From contig JAAILG010000003.1 in assembly GCA_012026655.1 (NCBI GenBank), forward strand, positions 1 to 64,000: 64,000 nucleotides of DNA, read 5' to 3'. This document shows, piece by piece, positions 60,843 through 64,000 of this stretch; within the stretch, counting starts at the first letter, position 1; each line of letters begins with the position of its first letter. Source of the DNA: Hydrolagus affinis. Taxonomy: Eukaryota. The translations under genes and the position numbers were made by a program. The notes under the pieces were generated by a model. That model saw only the letters and a list, made by a program, of their open reading frames with translations. It searched no databases and was not told the DNA's origin.

Positions 60843-63800
60843 TGGCCCCAAAGTACACAAAATCCATAGAAAAGTAGGAATTATGTTTTTTCTTTAACCC
60901 CTTCCTCGATACTGAAGAGATCAACTAACTCTCCTGTACCTTAATTCCATTTTTACTTATTATTATTACTATTTGCATGTGGGGGGAGTGGGGGAAGAGG
61001 CTGGAGGGCAAAAGTGGGTTCAAAGATTCTAAGACAAAATGTAGCAGTCCTTTATTGCACAGCACATGATCTGCTGATTCCCACAGTACAAGCACATTAA
61101 GTATTCATAGACATAAATAAGGTTGTGCTTCAGAAATTATCATTTCATGAGAGAGGGCTGCTATTGCAAATCAGGAGATTATTAAATGGCCATGTGAATC
61201 CAACAGTTTAATTGCAACCTATCTGAAGAAAGCTAGAAGTTCATGGCACCAAGTCAAAAATCATCGAAAACAGGAGTGAGACAATGCATTAGAGCAAAAT
61301 ATCCAAGTATCCAAAATATCCACCAATTACATTTTTCAGTGATTACAGATTTGAGAAGTTTGTCATCGCTTAATAGATTAACTCGCCTGTAAAAATCTCA
61401 AAGAAGTCAAACTGTTCCATGCATTGTTGGCCAATTTCAACAGATGCTACATGAAAATATTAGTTTCAATTATCACTTTTATGGAAATAGAACTTTAGTA
61501 ATAGCTGTCCATCGCCTAAGGTAACAGCAAGAATGAAAGCTGGTCATCTGACACGTACATTTGTACAAAACAGCTTTGCTATGCATGTAGTGCACAGACT
61601 AAACACTTTAATATTCCAGCCATCTGGTTTTAAATCCCAAATTTATTTTTAAATAGAAAATTAGATGCAATGCCAAAAATCATCATGCAGCTACATTAAT
61701 GTCAGCTGTAGCATTGTTCCATCTAAATTCCATCTCTCATATATGCAAACGAAGTCCAGGCAGCACAAAAGCTTGTCATGCTGATATAGCAAATGCGACA
61801 TTCAGAGATGCTACACAGAATAAGAATCCCAGTCATGTGTGCCACAGTATACAATACACTCAGTTATGCCATCTTCAAAACCTACATCTAACCACTAAGC
61901 ATTTTCACCTTCACTCCAGAATTTTTATTGTAATCAGAAAAACATGATTTTGGTCAAATATATGGTCAGTAATAGTACCAAGAACTGTTTCAAAGCGCAT
62001 GATCATATTGTACGATCATTTTTTTTAATAGAAAACTATTACAGTATATGGACTATACTTCAAATCGGAAGACACTAAACTTACGGCCCCTCATTTAGGT
62101 AATTTGGGTTTGTTAAAGATCCCATGGTGACTCTTTTGAAGGAAAGCAGGGAATTCTTTAAATATTCAGCTCTCATTGAAATTCACACACAAAAAAGATT
62201 AATTGGTCATTCATCTCAAAGATCAGAATCTACTTTTTTTTATTTTGTGCTCATTTCAATTCCACTCAGCAGATTTCAGAGAAACTGAAAAGAAAATGTC
62301 AGATAGATCACCGGTCACAACAAATAGACATTCAGAATGTATAATTAAGAAACAGTAAGTGCACTGAAGAGTATTACAAAAGTAAAACAGCAGACAAAAA
62401 AATCAAAAAGGAACAGATTTAAAGATTAAGATGAATTGAAATTGAAAAACTTTTACAAAAGTGATTTAAAGAGTATACAATTAGAACCCTTTTTTTGTTC
62501 AGCTGGGTGTCTGATATCTGCAGAAACCCATCACCCTGTTTTGATAACCAAACCAGACAAAACTCCACTTACGTATACTGCCTACACATGCAAAATCTCC
62601 CTGCGTCTGAAACGAACTGCGCTGAAATGACCTTCTGAAGGCACCCACCCTGCTTACCTAATTCTGGAAAGTGTTAGATGTATGTTGGTGAGAGCTAAGG
62701 CCTTCGGACCCCAGAATGTGCATTGTGGTTACTGCTAGGTTTCAACTAAAGAAATCTGCATTGCTAGAGCCCTGTTTAGTAATCTCTTCATTGCTTTGTT
62801 GTGCTTGGATCACTCGACTTGTTTTGCTTTGGCTTGCGGTGCTACCAGGAACAGTGGGAGGAATCCTCATCCCTGTGACCGCATGATGAGCTTGGCTTTC
62901 TGGTTTGTCATTAACAGTGCCCAGGATTAATGTGAACTCGTCTGGTTCAGAAACAGGACAAACTGAAACTAACAGAGTGTCAACTCAATTCAAACGTTTC
63001 ATTCTTAAGCACAACACCTTGAAACCAGCGTCGCCCAAGGTGACAACACTTACTAACCCCCACAAGGAAGATTATGGGGGTAAACATTGTGACATGCGAA
63101 TCGATGATGAAGTGGAACAGCTGATATATGCCCCCAAAGAAACAGAAAAAGGAATCAGCATTGAGGTAAAAAGAAAATAGTTGTCCAGAGATCTACTTAC
63201 AAGTGAAAAGGAAGTTAGATAGATACACTTGCATCATTCTTACCTCGCGCACAATGCCATGTTCCCTTCCCTTTATTGCAGGACCAGATTTCCTTTTCTT
63301 TTTTTTTTACGAAAAGCATCAATAATCACACCACATTAAGTTTCACCAAATATATTCTCAAGTGCAGTGCAGCAAAATTGAAACAATCATTCTACCAGAA
63401 AAAAAAGATCATGACCATGGGAAACAAACTCTGAGAAATTGGCTTCAGTTTCCATCACAACAAATATCTTACAGATTCACTGCTGTTTGCTTTTATTATT
63501 GGTTGTGATTATGATAACCCAAATCTCTCCAGAAGCAGCAACTAGAGACATTTGGACCAACTGTAGTTTGTTCGACAATATTTAATTGCATATTTGTCGA
63601 TACATTTCTTCATTGCACAATCAAACACATCACGCATTAAGTTTTTTTTGGAAAATAAAGTAATCTTGCAGTTTGAAGCATAGATAAGGAACTGTTTTGT
63701 TGAGACAGATAAACAGAAAACTGAGCGCAGAGTACAATAAGTAATTCCCCTGCAATCAATCACCAATACAAATAAGAACAGCAGCAATTCTCTATTTTGG

Positions 63801-64000
63801 CAATTTAAAGTGTTGTATTTTTTCTTCGTTTTACACACCATCTTTGGCAATTTTTCTGCTCTATCAGAGTACATCAGAGCAGAGCTGTAGGATATAAAAA
63901 TGTCAATGGAGACCACGGTTGGGAGTAGAGCAAAGAATAAACTGAATATGTGTATGTAATCAAAGACATAAATCTGGAAAAGCAACACTTGACGCCTTCT

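Noticed and set aside
63542-63988. 148 aa minus-strand ORF as a DOCK1 exon
   Set aside because: No similarity to the expected upstream DOCK1 exon (..IMEKLLRTVNRTVISMGRD..); F/L/I/C-rich composition typical of AT-rich non-coding DNA.
1-64000. A novel prokaryote-style or multi-gene system
   Set aside because: Only spliced vertebrate genes and interspersed repeats are supported; no operon, intact transposase, RT, integrase or viral ORF is present.

Overview
AT-rich, CpG-depleted vertebrate genomic DNA. The repeat families (tRNA/Deu-type SINEs, L2 and CR1 LINE ends, a shark-type Penelope fragment) suggest a cartilaginous fish, possibly a chimaera; this is inference. The window lies inside DOCK1 (- strand), of which two internal coding exons are visible (7644-7745 and 4782-4876). 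The large DOCK1 intron that fills the rest of the window contains the complete coding sequence of the antisense nested gene INSYN2A/FAM196A (+ strand): three coding exons at 34919-36108, 41622-41693 and 52576-52765, total 1452 nt, 483 aa, plus a probable non-coding 5' exon ending at 28812. Everything else is intronic: 20 or more copies/fragments of one tRNA-derived SINE in two subfamilies, older Deu-type SINE relics, L2 and CR1 3' ends, three Tigger/pogo-type MITEs (two of them internally palindromic), one CpG-rich hAT-type MITE, an unclassified ~400 bp foldback, a Penelope-like fragment with a degenerate minimal hammerhead core, and tandem repeats. Nearly all short ORFs in the track are artefacts. 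I see no CRISPR array, rRNA gene or genuine tRNA gene, and no clearly new multi-gene system. The best leads are modest: SINE domain architecture and its partner LINE, hairpin MITEs, the hammerhead relic and an in-frame uORF upstream of INSYN2A. All alignments were done by eye and repeat boundaries are approximate.
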